In this document: positions 52,043 to 64,000 of the stretch, in pieces
How positions within the stretch are numbered: position 1 is the first letter of the stretch
How the letters are laid out: each line of letters begins with the position of its first letter
Assembly: GCF_963921235.1 (NCBI RefSeq)
Contig: NC_086108.1
Coordinates: forward strand, 26,164,001-26,228,000
DNA: 64,000 nt
Direction: 5' to 3'
Source: Mobula hypostoma
Lineage: Eukaryota
Notes under the pieces: model-generated
Database searches by the model: none
What the model saw: the letters and a program-made list of their open reading frames with translations, nothing else
Told to the model about the DNA's origin: nothing
Program-made: the position numbers and the translations under genes

Positions 52043-52390
52043 GACGAGAAAATCTGCAGATCCTGAATATCCAAGCAGCACACACAAAATGCTGAGGAAA
52101 CTCAGCAGGCCAGGCAGCATCTATGGAAAAGAGTAAACCTTTCTCCCCGGTTTTATCTGTCACCCTTCATCTTGTACCCTTCCCAGCTCTTTACTTCACC
52201 CCTCACCCCTCCCGGTTTCACCTATCACCTACCATCGTGTACTTATTCCTCCCCTCCCCCACCTTCTTCCTCTAATTTCTCATCATTGTCCTCCATTACT
52301 GATGGTCTCGACCTGAAATGTTGACAGTCTAACATTTCCAAAGATGCTGCCTGCCCTGCTGAGTTCCTCTAGCACGTTGTGTGTATTGCA
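52043..52390. mobile_element. Fold-back Penelope pLTR derivative
   Basis: cacacaaaatgctgaggaaactcagcagg is inverted relative to cctgctgagttcctctagcacgttgtgtg. Confidence 0.7.
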
Positions 52391-53159
52391 ACCTTTACAG
52401 ATGGCTGCTGTTGTGAACATTACCCATCTTGTTGAACTGTACTGCATTCTAAGTTATCTGTAAGCACAGAGCTATAGAATAGTTGCCACACAGAAGAGAA
52501 AACATTCTGCCATCATGCATATACCAGCTCTCTATCAAGCCAATCCACTAATTCCACCCTCCATGGCAAACCTTTCTTTGTAGCCTTAATAGTTTACTTC
52601 ACGGTTTATTTATTCAACTCCCTCTTGAAGGCCACATCTCTCACACCCACAAGCTTTAAGTTCCATATTTCAACCATATGCTGCTTGAGAATATTTTTCC
52701 TCATATTAGTCTTAATTCCTTCCCTCTTTATGTCATACTGGTGGCCTCTACAACCAAATCATGTAATGGTTAGAAGGCATTCCTCCTCAGTGGTATTCTT
52801 TACGGTGAATGTTATACAAACAGCAGACAGGCTTAAGATAACGCCATTCCTGTTCTTTTAATATTGCTGAGAAGGAGAAAGATCGTATGGCATTATATCT
52901 GTGGGCAACTTCTAAACTCATTGCCAGTTGAGAATTTTCCGTGAGGCAATTAAATTAAAAGAGTTTATGGAAGGAATCTGGTTTTAGTTAAGACTCTTGA
53001 AGACCTGGATTGGTTAATAATGTAGTTTTCACAATAATTTCATCTCAGTGTATATTAACTCCGTAGAGTTAAGAGTATTAAACATGCAAGAGATATGGTC
53101 CAAGTGGTTTTACAACAGCTGTGCACTGCACTGCCCTTCACTGATGATCATGCAAGACC

Positions 53160-53995
53160 AAAGATTCAAAGATTCAAGGTACATTTATTATCAAAGTATG
53201 TATGCAGTATACAATCCTGAAATTCGCCTTCCCTCAGGCAGCCACGAAACAAAGAAACATCATGGATCTGTTCAAAGAAAACTTCAAACACAAACGCGCA
53301 AAAAAGAACAAATTATACAAACAGCAAAAAGGAACAAAAAACACAGGACCATTGAGACAGTCTAGGGATGTTTAGCTTAGTTCAGTTCAGTTCAACTCAG
53401 TGCTGCGTCAGTCATTGACTGTAGGCCACAGAGCCAGTTGGCCCTGATTGAAATTGCACAAAATAGCAATAAAAGAAGGAGTAACCAGAAACCAGAACAA
53501 ACTGCATCAGTTAAACATTGCCCAAGCCCCATCCTAGAGCAGCACTGAACAAGAAGGAGAGAGAGACCAGTCAAATGTAAGCACCTTCCTCCTGGAGAAG
53601 TGAGCATGAGTGAGAGAGAAACTGATCACACTCAGGCCCCTTCCTTCGGCAGCAGCGAGAGTAAGAGAGAGACCAGTCAAACCCACTCGCCTTCTGCTCT
53701 TATCCTCATTGATGTCAATCTTTCTCGATGCTTTCATCAGTGAGATTGGTGAGACCCTTCTCCAGCCTTCTCCAGCCTTCTTGGCCTCCAGGCCGGACAC
53801 TCTGCTTAAAACCTCACCGAACTTTCTCGGAGACACCAAAGTGCCAGATTGCCCAATCAGGCCAAAAACACACCATCAAAATGTAAATGTAAACCATAGG
53901 TTCCAAGCTCAGTAGCAGAATCATTTTGGAAAGAAGAAGAAGTAAAAGAAGCAGTTTTGTGAGCTGTCTGAAGGACGGCGCTTTTGGTCGCATTG
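53160..53995 (-). mobile_element. Unclassified non-coding repeat with a Rex1-like 3' tail
   Basis: aagattcaaagattcaaggtacatttattatcaaag tail; internal duplication gagagagaccagtcaaa. Confidence 0.45.
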
Positions 53996-54101
53996 TTCAC
54001 ATTGTGCCACCTTCTAAAATGTAAGCAAAAATATAGGAATTCTCAATATAATTGCCTCCTAAATTTCACTTCTCATCTGCAGCCTAATAGTTTAGATGGA
54101 G

Positions 54102-54237
54102 ACACACACAAAATGCTGGAGAAACTCAGTAGGCCAAGCAGCATCTATGGAAAAGAGTATCATTGATGTAGTGGGCCGAAACCCTTTGGCAGGACTACTG
54201 CTTGGATTTCCAGCATCTGTAGATTTTCTCTTGCTTG
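54102..54237. mobile_element. Short Penelope pLTR derivative with arms in opposite orientations
   Basis: Minus arm ends at a hammerhead remnant (gggccgaaaccctttggcaggact) and is followed by a plus-strand terminal piece. Confidence 0.6.
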
Positions 54238-54496
54238 AACTTAGACTGAGAGATGGGTATGGAGGAAGCAATATGAATAAAAAAGGGAGAGTTTGGAGGT
54301 AATTATACTCCTCTTCTTCTCCCTCTTTCATATGTGTCTCGTCTCTCCCTCTTCAACAACACTATATTCAATGGGACTATTCAAGAGTTGTATCCACTAT
54401 GTTATGAGTCATTTCTTAAAGCTGATCTGTTCTTTGGACTCTAGGCCACTGGACTACTTGAATACATATGTAACCTGGGTTAATTAAACCCAAAGA

Positions 54497-55653
54497 TGTA
54501 ATGTTAGAAAGCTCCACCTACAGAGGGATGAAAATGAGGGTTACTGATTTTTAAGAATAGAGAATTTGAAAAAAATGCTATGCAAGGGTGGGGTGGGCTG
54601 GACACAAATGGACAAAGAGAGAAACACAGCAACAATTAGAAGCTGAAGACATAAACTGTTAAGAGTGGAATTAGTTGTGAGTATTTTTACCCTACTAACT
54701 TGAAAACCTCGGGGTGGAACCCCTGGAGGAGAGACAATAGCGATAATAGATTTATTGAAGCTGCAACTATAACAAGACAATATCGGCGAGATGAGAGTCC
54801 AAAATCCCGACTGTGTAGTTGGGAATTAGTTCTGTAAAATCATATCAAGGGATTTGATCAAGTTTTCACACAAGTTTGTGAACTAACTTTCAATGAATGA
54901 TAAACTATTTCATTCAATGAATCAAGAAACAAGATGATGAGCCACCCAAGTTGAAGAACCAGCGCGGGAATGAAATGTATAGACACAGAGGATTTGATAC
55001 AGTTGAATGTATAAGTTTATTTTCATACGAAGAATCCAAATTTGATTTTCTGCAAGAACTGATCATTCTTGCAAAGATTTGGATAAGTTACTCAAAGAGA
55101 TTTTCTTTGTTTAAAGTTGTGATAGTGGAAAATTGTCATGAAAGGAGTTAAACTGTATACAGTATATAATTTTAAAATTTAAACTTGTAGGTATACTGCC
55201 TGGAACTGAAATTGAAGTTAACTATAATACTTAAGAATAGGAAATATATTTGGTTTTCTAACTAACTAGGGATAAGTAAAAAGGAAAGTTTAGTCTGTAA
55301 ACTTTTAAATAAGGAATAACACTAGATCTAATTAGTTAGAGAAATTAGAGTAACAAAAGTTAGTCTAATGAATATTACTGATTCTAACTAAACAGGAATT
55401 TGGCTTTTATTGATATCTAAGACTTGGAAGCTAAACAGACTGTTAGAATTTTGAATTGTTATTGCTCATGTAAATATTTCATACATATTGTTCTTTTTTC
55501 TTATAAACAAACCTGATTTCCAGAAGTGTGTGATTTCTATTCATTGCCTCCTTCTGATACCTAGAATCTTCTGATGGCCTACTAGCACCTAGTATAACTT
55601 GATTTTCTCAAAGAGTGCGGCCACTCGACACACATGATAAGACAGGTGCTACA
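54497..55653 (+). mobile_element. Probable LTR
   Basis: TGTA..TACA termini, a U5-like region after ataaac near 55503, followed by cTGGTG (PBS-like). No TSD found. Confidence 0.45.
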
Positions 55654-56154
55654 CTGGTGTTTCACATGTACAAATGAACATTAGCCACTTGCTTCTGTAA
55701 AATGTGATATCATCCCTAAACATGATGTGGGATCTAAAGCAGAGACTGGTGCATCCCATCCCACAGAGTGCACCAGTTTTCTAGAACAGCCCGTTCTAAC
55801 CGAGCCAATAAAATATGAACTCCCAGACTGAGAAATATCCACCCTGAACTCCTCCCCCTGCAAGTAATAGGGTGGATGCCATAAAGTGAGATTCCTTCTG
55901 CCTTCAGAAAATTCACCAGCTCTGTAAGAATCCCTGAGAACATAAGAAGTCATTACCATGTCTCTCTCAAGCAGAGGGGATATTCTCAGTTACTGGATTC
56001 ATAGTATGTTCTGTACACTGGCTCTTATATGTGCAAGTAAATATAAAGAGGTGTGGGTGAAGAAGGGTCATGGTATGCATCTGTTAGCTGCCATGATGAA
56101 TGTTAGTTTAAGTATGTAGCTAGTGCCATGCCATGTAGCTATTCAGTTTAAACC

Positions 56155-56735
56155 AGGCACAGAACAGAACAGGAACAAGTTCTTTACTCTACTATGTCTG
56201 TGCTTAACATGATGCCAATTAAAGCAATCCCTCCTTCTGTACATGTTCCATGTCCCTCCATTCTTTTCATATTCATGTGCTATCCTCCTCATGCTAAAAT
56301 CCTCATGAATACCACTGTCATATCTGCTTCCATTATCACCTCAGGCAGTGAATTCGAGCCACCAGCCACCGTCTGTGTAAAGAACCTACCCGGCACATCC
56401 CCATAAAACTTCCCCCTCTCTCACCTTAATCCTATACCCCCAAGTACTCAACAATTCTATGCTGGGAAAAGGATTCCGGTTGTCTCCCCTACCTATGCCT
56501 CTCATAACTTGATAAACTTCTTTCAGGTTTCCCTTCAACCTTTGATGCACCTGAGAAGACAACCCAAATGCTATTTAGTTAATACTCTCTAACCCAGGCA
56601 GCATCCTTGTAAACTTCTTATGAACCCGCTCTAGAGCCTTCATAATCTTCCTGTAATGGGCCCAATAGAACTGCATACAATGATCCAAAAGTGGCCTAAC
56701 CGACCTGCTGTGTAACTGTGATGTGTCATGCCTAC
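56155..56735 (-). mobile_element. Old CR1 3' fragment
   Basis: acagaacagaacagg tail and a degenerate RPLLDHCMQFYWAHYRK on the minus strand. Confidence 0.7.
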
Positions 56736-57600
56736 TTCTTTTCACTGTGTCTCAACCAGTGAAGGTGAGTATGTCAAGTATACCTTCTTTACCACCACAA
56801 CCTGCCAGCTGACAACCAATTGCCAACCAATTGCCACAAAGACACAAATTGATGCTCACAGGCAGAGTGAAGTTATATAAATCTCTACTTTTCTGCAAGC
56901 ATAATTCATAATACAGTTCAATTAGCAGCAACAATATTCTATCATTTATTCCAACTTGTTTCACATTTAGTTATTACATTTGCCCATATATCAAGCATTG
57001 TAATTCCAAATTAAAGTTCAAAAGGGATGATTTTTAGGTAATTTGGAGAAATTTAAATGCCATAGAGTAGTCAAGTGTTATATTTTTTAAATTTTCTTTA
57101 GCACATTTACAAATCCACCAACGCTACTTCTCTCCACTCTTTATTCCCCACCTCTATAACAAACCCTGCCCCATAATATTTCTGATTTCCCCTTTCATCA
57201 TTATGTTGATCCAACAGATGTTCAACCACATTCTGAAAGTGCTTGACGGGGTTAACACTCCTGTATCAAGAACACAAGCCATTTCCCCTTCCCAAGCAAA
57301 TTTCCAGTTGCATTTCTCCATCAAGAGCATACAGGCACAAGACTGAACAAACCCTGCCTTGCTCAGAAAATCTCTTTTCTGATAAATATTCTATTATTTT
57401 TATTCAAAAATTATATATATATGCTCCAAGATTGCAGGGATAAAATGACATATCTCTGCTACTGATTATGAGATTTGATAACTGAATAACATTGAATGGT
57501 TAAATTGAGATTTTATTTCATTTGCTGCTTGCTTGTAGTTTGGCGTTTATCTGTAAGTCATTAATTCTGATTCAGGATGAACATTGTCCCTAATTTCATT

Positions 57601-58498
57601 TGTGACAAGAATGCACATAGATTAAGATGTAGCTGTCCTGTGCTGGCACCAGTAGGATCAGCAGTTGGTCTGCCACCTGACTTCAGGAGAGAGAGATATA
57701 AGGAAAACAATGAAGCAGCATTTGGAGATGTGTAATGAAGGGACAGGAGAGAGAGTAACAGAAGGAGAGAGCTGTCAAGATCGGCTCCCCCTGAACTGTT
57801 TGAAGTGATGGACAGGTGATACCCCAGCAGGGGGATAAAAAGGGACAGGTTTGCTAAGGCAAGACACACACGACACCCAAAGTAACGAGACCCTGGAAGC
57901 GGTGCGTCTCTCACAAGTCGGTGGGAAGTTTTGGAAGGCCGGTTGCGGGACCAGGCCATAGACGCACAGGGTGGAAAGGCACGATCGGCGGGAACCTGGT
58001 GTGTGTCCACCCTTACCTGGGTGCTGGGTTCACCGCAGAGAAACGATCGCATCTGGAAACGGAGGGGTCACGGTCGGTGACCTTAGATGACATCACAAAG
58101 GACTCGCCCAAAAGCTGACTGCGAAGATCTGTGTGGAAGCCTTGAATATTCATTCGTTTTGCTCTCTTTCTCCTTCCCCCGCCCCCCCCCCACCACCACT
58201 GTCCATCGCCACGGCAGCGATTACTGCGAACTGAACTGAACTAAATTGAACTGAACTTTGCGTCACTTCGAAACTGGTCATTTACCCCTAGACAATGATA
58301 GAGCTTGATTGATCCTGTTATCTTAATTCTGTGTACATGTATGTTTATCATTGCTGAACTGTTGCATTCATTATCCTTTTGATTAGAGTACTGTGTTGCT
58401 TGTTTCTTTAATAAAACTTTCTTAGTTCTAGTAATCCAGACTCCAACTGAGTGATCCATTTTTGCTGGTTTGGCAACCCAGTTACGGGGTACGTAACA
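57601..58498 (+). mobile_element. Solo LTR with a perfect 4-bp TSD
   Basis: TGTGAC..GTAACA termini; CATT on both sides (57597-57600, 58499-58502); gataaaa TATA-like near 57835; AATAAA near 58410. Confidence 0.9.
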
Positions 58499-60138
58499 CA
58501 TTTGAAATGGAAATATTACCTCTGAGCCACTGCAGATTTCCCAGTTTCTGCAGACACTTAAGTTCTGACCACACTGAATTACAGCAAAAGTCAATCACAA
58601 ACCTGTGATGCCTATTTTGTATAAGGTTGCTTGAGGCTGTGCAAGAAAAATGTTTGATACAATTCACATAAACTCTTCTGAGAATACCGTGGAAAACTCA
58701 TCAAAGCCTCCTCTCTTCATGTAGATCGAAACTGAGCTGCAAATGGCATTTTCCCTTATCTAAGTATTCAACACAGAATATCAGTACAAGTCTGAAACAA
58801 TAAAAACATGCTAATTCGCTGGAGGGGGATCTCATGGTGTGTGTATCGAGGACAGTGGATATCTCAAAGTAAATTACTGAGAGTAATGTCATCAAGAACC
58901 TCAGAGAGGGAATAGCTTGCAGGTAGTTGTCTCTGCTTCACTGTCACTAGCTGGAGTATTCTGTCATGTTAACCAGCGTGAAATTTCATAAATTATGGGG
59001 TCTTACTTCTTGAATCAGGGTGCTGGGTCTGTATGCTAAGTTTTGCACTGCGCAAATAGACTTTTGAGTCATAGGGAAGCACAATTAAAGCAACCTTTGG
59101 TGTTCTTAGGTAATGTTCCCTTCACATTCATTTGCAAATGAGTCTACACTCCATTTTCTCTCTAGTCTGCCCTCTTTTATTTTTGCTTAGGATCCGTGGT
59201 AGATGGAATGAATTCTGGAAATGTGAGATGCTGAACTCTGAGAACTTCCTCAATGCATAATGTCTTGGTGTCATGCAAGGGCCATTGGCTTTCATCAGAT
59301 CGGCAGATCAAAGCAAATCCTTGTCAAGATGTTAAATTAGTTGCTTCAGAACAGGTTTGTCCAACCAGCTTTAACAGTATGACTGGGGTGCATCATAACG
59401 GTTATTTATGGCTGAGGCCATTGCTTCCAAAGAATAAATTCACCAGTAGAAATATGTAGTCAGAATGATGATAGGGAACTTTTACAGGGCAGAAGCTGAC
59501 AAGGCCCCCTTACCTCCGTTGAATAGAGTATCGGAAAGTTTGGACACCATGCTCTACGCTGTCTCTATTCATCTAACACCACCTCTTTAATGCCAATGCA
59601 GCAACATAGCAGGAAGCTTATAACGGAACATTACACTATAACCTAACTATATTAAGTATGAATAGACTTTAAGGACACACACCATTAAACTCATTTGGAA
59701 TTAGGTGACAGATGGTGAGAACGTTCACTGTGAGGATTGCAAGGAAATCCATTAATTGACATCCATCTTCTTTATCGGGGGTATCAATTTAAATTGGAAA
59801 ATATGATTAATGTTTGCTACCACATGGCTCGACATTGGCTCAGAGAATTTGCTGAATGCAGTCTAGTTGATATAACAGATGAATGAGCCCTTGTTACAGA
59901 TGTATTTTATCTTTTCTAGTTCATCTTCAGTATACTACTTCAAAAATTGTCACACAAATGTTTTTCCCAAGTGTAACAACACTTGTGAATGGCATTAATA
60001 ATTTCAACACTGGATTTTTTTTAACTTTTTAAACATCTGATGAATATAGGGACACTTTTTATTTCAAATTTGTTACAACTAGGTGGGTCAGAGTTGCTTG
60101 CCTGAGTTTTCTCTTTCATTTGCTCTCTCTTTCTCACT

Positions 60139-60166
<28 letters not shown>
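60139..60166. repeat. (CA)n microsatellite
   Basis: Directly visible. Confidence 0.95.
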
Positions 60167-60169
<3 letters not shown>

Positions 60170-60244
60170 TCATCTGGCAAATCTGGTCCAAAGATTAATG
60201 TACTTGGTGAAGTTCAGGTTCTGTCTCAGGCAGTCATGGATTAC

Positions 60245-60465
60245 TCTCCTGATGCTGTCTGCAAGGAGTTCATACAATTTCCCCATGACTGTGTGGATTT
60301 CCTCTGCGTGTTCCGGTTTCCACCCACAGGTGTACCGGTTGATAGGTTAATTGGTTATTGTAAATTGTCCCGTTAATAGCCTAGAGTTAAATTGGAGTTT
60401 GCTGGGCAGCAAGGCTCGAAGGTCCAAAAGGGCCTGTTCATGTCCTATCGCAATCAATAAATAAA
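60245..60465 (+). mobile_element. V-SINE-like remnant
   Basis: gctgtctgcaaggagttc..ttccggtttccacccacag..gggcctgtt..aataaataaa. Confidence 0.6.
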
Positions 60466-61254
60466 TAATGCATCATTATTAAAGTTTAAATCAAATAGCT
60501 ATAAAAGGCCTCAGAACTTAAACCACAATGTTATTCTCAGCTATGTTATCATTAAAATGTATCTCTAACTCCAAATTAAATGGTAGCAAATGACAATCTG
60601 TCAGAATGCATTCATCGGTTTATTGTACTTATGCAATAAGAACATGATAACAACCAGAGATTCAAACCACATCTCGGTGCTTATCCACATGCAAGGCATT
60701 ACATTAAACAGTATTGTCTCCCACACTTCCAGTTATCTTTTTAAACTTAAAACTGTGGTGATATGAGGAAAGAAATAGAGGAAGAGAAAAAAGGAAGTGA
60801 AAAAGATTACAGTAGATGAGGAAACAAAGAGGAAGAGTAATGTCATTTCAAGATGTTAAGGCAGCTTTGGAAAACTATGTCAAAAAATTCTCGAGGTGTC
60901 ATATGTGCCTTGAAGTAACTGTAAGTCTGAGAAAGCCAATCTGAATAGTACTTTGAAATCTGAAGATGGTAACAGCCTCTTAGTCCATTTACATTTATCA
61001 GACCATGAGATGATGGGGTAGTCAATATTTCCAAACTTCCATATGCAATGTTAATCCTGGTGAGTGATGTATAACTGCCAGGGTAAGGGTGCACATGTGG
61101 GAGTAAACGGAAATATTTTTAGCATTTCCACTGTAATAAATGTATCATATCAGCATTGTAATAAAAGCCTATGTCTACTTAGTCTTTATTTTTCCATCAT
61201 CTCGACCATTATGTATTTCTGACCAGTCACCCTGATGATTATATTATGCTTTCT

Positions 61255-61735
61255 TGGAGGCCCCGAATCCTCGGCTTTGCTTGTTTCAGCAGCCGGGGTG
61301 AGGTCAAAGGCGCTCAGCAGAGGATGGCGCTCGGGAGGCTGTATCAGAGGGGCTGGTCGTAGGCTCGAAGTTTTCGGCTGGACGGACTCAGTGTCGGCTG
61401 CGGTCGGCTGCTTCCAATGCATCGGCAGTTGTCGGTGCCTGGAGGTTTATGGCAGGGAGTTTCTCCCTTTTGCCGCCTGCTATTGGGGACTTGGGAGTCG
61501 ATTGGGACTTTGAGACTTTTTTTACCGTGCCCATGGTCTGCTCTTCATCAAGTTATGATATTGTTTTGCACTGCTACAACCATATGTTATAGTTATGTGG
61601 TTCTGTCAGTGTTAGTCTTTGGTTTGTCCTGTTTTTCTGTGATATCACTGTGGAGGAATATTGTATCATTTCTAAATGCTTGCATGCATTTCTAAATGAC
61701 AGTAAACGAGGACTGAGTGTTCTCATAATCTAATA
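61255..61735 (+). mobile_element. Unclassified SINE-like or non-autonomous repeat (CpG-rich head, AT-rich tail)
   Basis: GC/CpG-rich 5' part and a LINE-like tail ending tgacagtaaacgaggactgagtgttctcataatctaat. Confidence 0.45.
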
Positions 61736-63731
61736 AATAGAACTGCAAGCTACTAAATTGTATTAGCTATGATATCTCAGGTATAAGCTTCAAACTGGCT
61801 GAGTGACACGAAAGGGGAAAAAAAGAAGAGGAAGGGAAAGTGATGTTGACTGCAAATGATAAGGAATCAGTCTAATTATTATTCATTCCTTCAAATAACC
61901 CCATTTAATATATTCAATAAGCCTACTAGGACTCACAGCCCAACCCCCATACACACAGAAAGCCCAGGTAGAAGGTTAAGGCTTCCTCCAGCACTAGGCT
62001 CTGCCTTCAGGTAAGGAAAGTGGAAAGAGGTGGGAAAAGGAAACCTATAGTCCTCTTCAAAGCAGGCTGTTGCTTTGTTTCCCAGAAGGACGGTGAGGGG
62101 CACTTGTTTCTTTAAGACATTAATGTCACTCTAAAAGTTCCATAGTAAGGTCACCTCAATAATATGAACAAAACAGAATTCAATTTCATCACATGAACTG
62201 TTCTGGCTTGACATCCTGTTGCACTTATTGGAAATGGCTTACAGCTAAATTATTCAATAGTCTCAGTGCAAAACATCTTGCAGAGGGTCACTCACCAAAG
62301 GAGGTTGTTAATTTCAGGACCTGCTTGGAAAGTAATTGGTGTTTCAAGAAATCATAGTTCAGTGACTGGACAATTCAGATGAATGAATGAGGATCTAATG
62401 GCACTTCTGACAACACCAAAAAGCAATGACAAACAAATACACAAGAAACATTTCCATCAATGGAAAGTTGTTGTGGAACTGAGGTACACAGATCTGAAAG
62501 GTCTCAAGTTTAAATCTTAGTTAAATGACTTCAGTCAAGTGAGGAAAGTAACTTTGGCATTCCTAAAGCATGATTTTTAAATTGCCTCTAAGACATTGTT
62601 ATTCATTTGTAACTTCAGTTGAAGGGTTGCAGTTTCAATGTTGGACAATGCCATGATTAAACTCAAATACGATGGCTCATGTGCCCAGTCATATTTTCGT
62701 TTGATCAGACAAGGTTTGGAAAATGATTGCTGAAGCCTGTGCAGCTAGAATTTAGCATCCTTGATTTTCCAAAGCATTCTCAATCTGACTATTTACTTTA
62801 GATGGGGGAAGTCACAATAGCAATTGTTTATAACTTTAGTAGTTTCTGAGAATTTCCTGGTTAACTTTTGCTGGTTTTCTAATAACTGTTTGCTAGTAGT
62901 GGTGATGAGCAACCATGAAATTTCAATGTCACTAGTTTCAGGCTGAAAAATAGTCGCTTACATTGCAATATTATTCCAATCAATGCTTATGAAACACTCT
63001 GCTGAACAGACCCAAGGCTATTGGCATGGCTCTCTGAATAACTGATGAAGCCTCTCACTTTCTCACTGAGTAAGTTCACCTGTGAGTAGAGCCAACCACA
63101 GAGAACACGAGATCTCCCCAATTATTTAAACCAAATGGTTCACTTTCCGCAAGTTCAGGTAATAAGTAAACATTTTAGCAGTTCCTTCCTACAATGTGCA
63201 TTCAAAATAAAAGTGTCACAGCAGTTGCAAGGGTGGAGGAAGAGAAGTGAATTGATTAAATTCAAATGTATTCCAATGATTTGAAGAATATTTATTATAT
63301 GCAATATAAAAAATAATAACAAAGCAGTTTGATACTACTGTATTTCACTTCTTAGGATTCCTCCACAGAAAAGGGGAAGGAAAATAATCAATAATACTCA
63401 ATGGGAACTTATTTCATCTCCACAAGGCCAAATGAAGAGAAGTAATACCATTGCCTGCTTCCGTATATCAAAAGGGATATATATACATACTGTATATATG
63501 CTTCCATATACCTATGTTTTGCATAAAACAGACAGGATAAGAATCTAATACAAACAAATAACAGAAATCAATAGTCACGTATCAATTCCTCGATCTGTAA
63601 AATAAACACTATAATTAACTAAATTACATTGGGAGTGACTAGGATCAGTAACTAATTGGGAGGACATGGATAATCTACTCTGCTGATCTTGCTGTTGACC
63701 TGTTAACCATTACTTTTTAGACTATTCAGTG

Positions 63732-64000
63732 GAATTGAATTGAATTAACTTTATTACTTACATCCTCCATATTCCTCTCCTATTCCTTCATACTCCTCAG
63801 GTGGAGTAAAAATCTTTACGTTATGTCTCTATTCAAATGTGCAATGTTCAATTCCAGTAATTTATAATAAATATAATGTACAACAGGTTAGTCAACATAA
63901 CATAGAAATACAGTTGCATCAGCATGAAATAAACAGTCTGATGGTCTGTTGGAAGAAGCTGTCTCAGACCCTGTTGTTCCTAGCTTTCATGCTGCGGTAC
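63732..64000 (-). mobile_element. Rex1-like LINE 3' end, runs off the window end
   Basis: gaattgaattgaatt tail; gagtaaaaatcttt similar to about 22198; minus strand YRSMKARNNRV*DSFFQQTIRL. Confidence 0.75.

Noticed and set aside
55681..55959. 92-aa minus-strand ORF and a 9-bp inverted repeat next to the probable LTR
   Set aside because: No gag or host-protein motifs; the short hairpin is compatible with chance.
57561..58052. 163-aa minus-strand ORF
   Set aside because: Lies almost entirely within a GC-rich solo LTR and has no known motifs.

Overview
Eukaryotic, repeat-rich genomic DNA. The repeat families (CR1 LINEs with SGNH-esterase ORF1, Rex1/Babar LINEs, Penelope-like elements, V-SINE/HE1-like SINEs, RTE-tailed SINEs, Gypsy-type LTRs) suggest a cartilaginous fish, probably a ray; this is inference from repeat content. 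I found no recognisable host coding exon, tRNA, rRNA or CRISPR array. The long ORFs are decayed retroelement fragments, their antisense shadows or low-complexity repeats, so the window is probably intergenic or intronic. The most interesting items are: (i) minimal hammerhead-ribozyme motifs in Penelope pseudo-LTRs, one with an intact core, plus short fold-back Penelope derivatives; (ii) a 5'-truncated R4/Dong-clade (restriction-like endonuclease) retrotransposon inserted in a (TAA)n tract with a hairpin at its 5' junction; (iii) nested insertions with recoverable TSDs; (iv) solo LTRs and a Gypsy remnant with a tRNA-Leu PBS; (v) TE-poor islands that may hold conserved non-coding elements. These belong to known classes, and I cannot support a claim of a wholly new system. 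Boundaries are by-eye estimates unless TSDs or termini are quoted.
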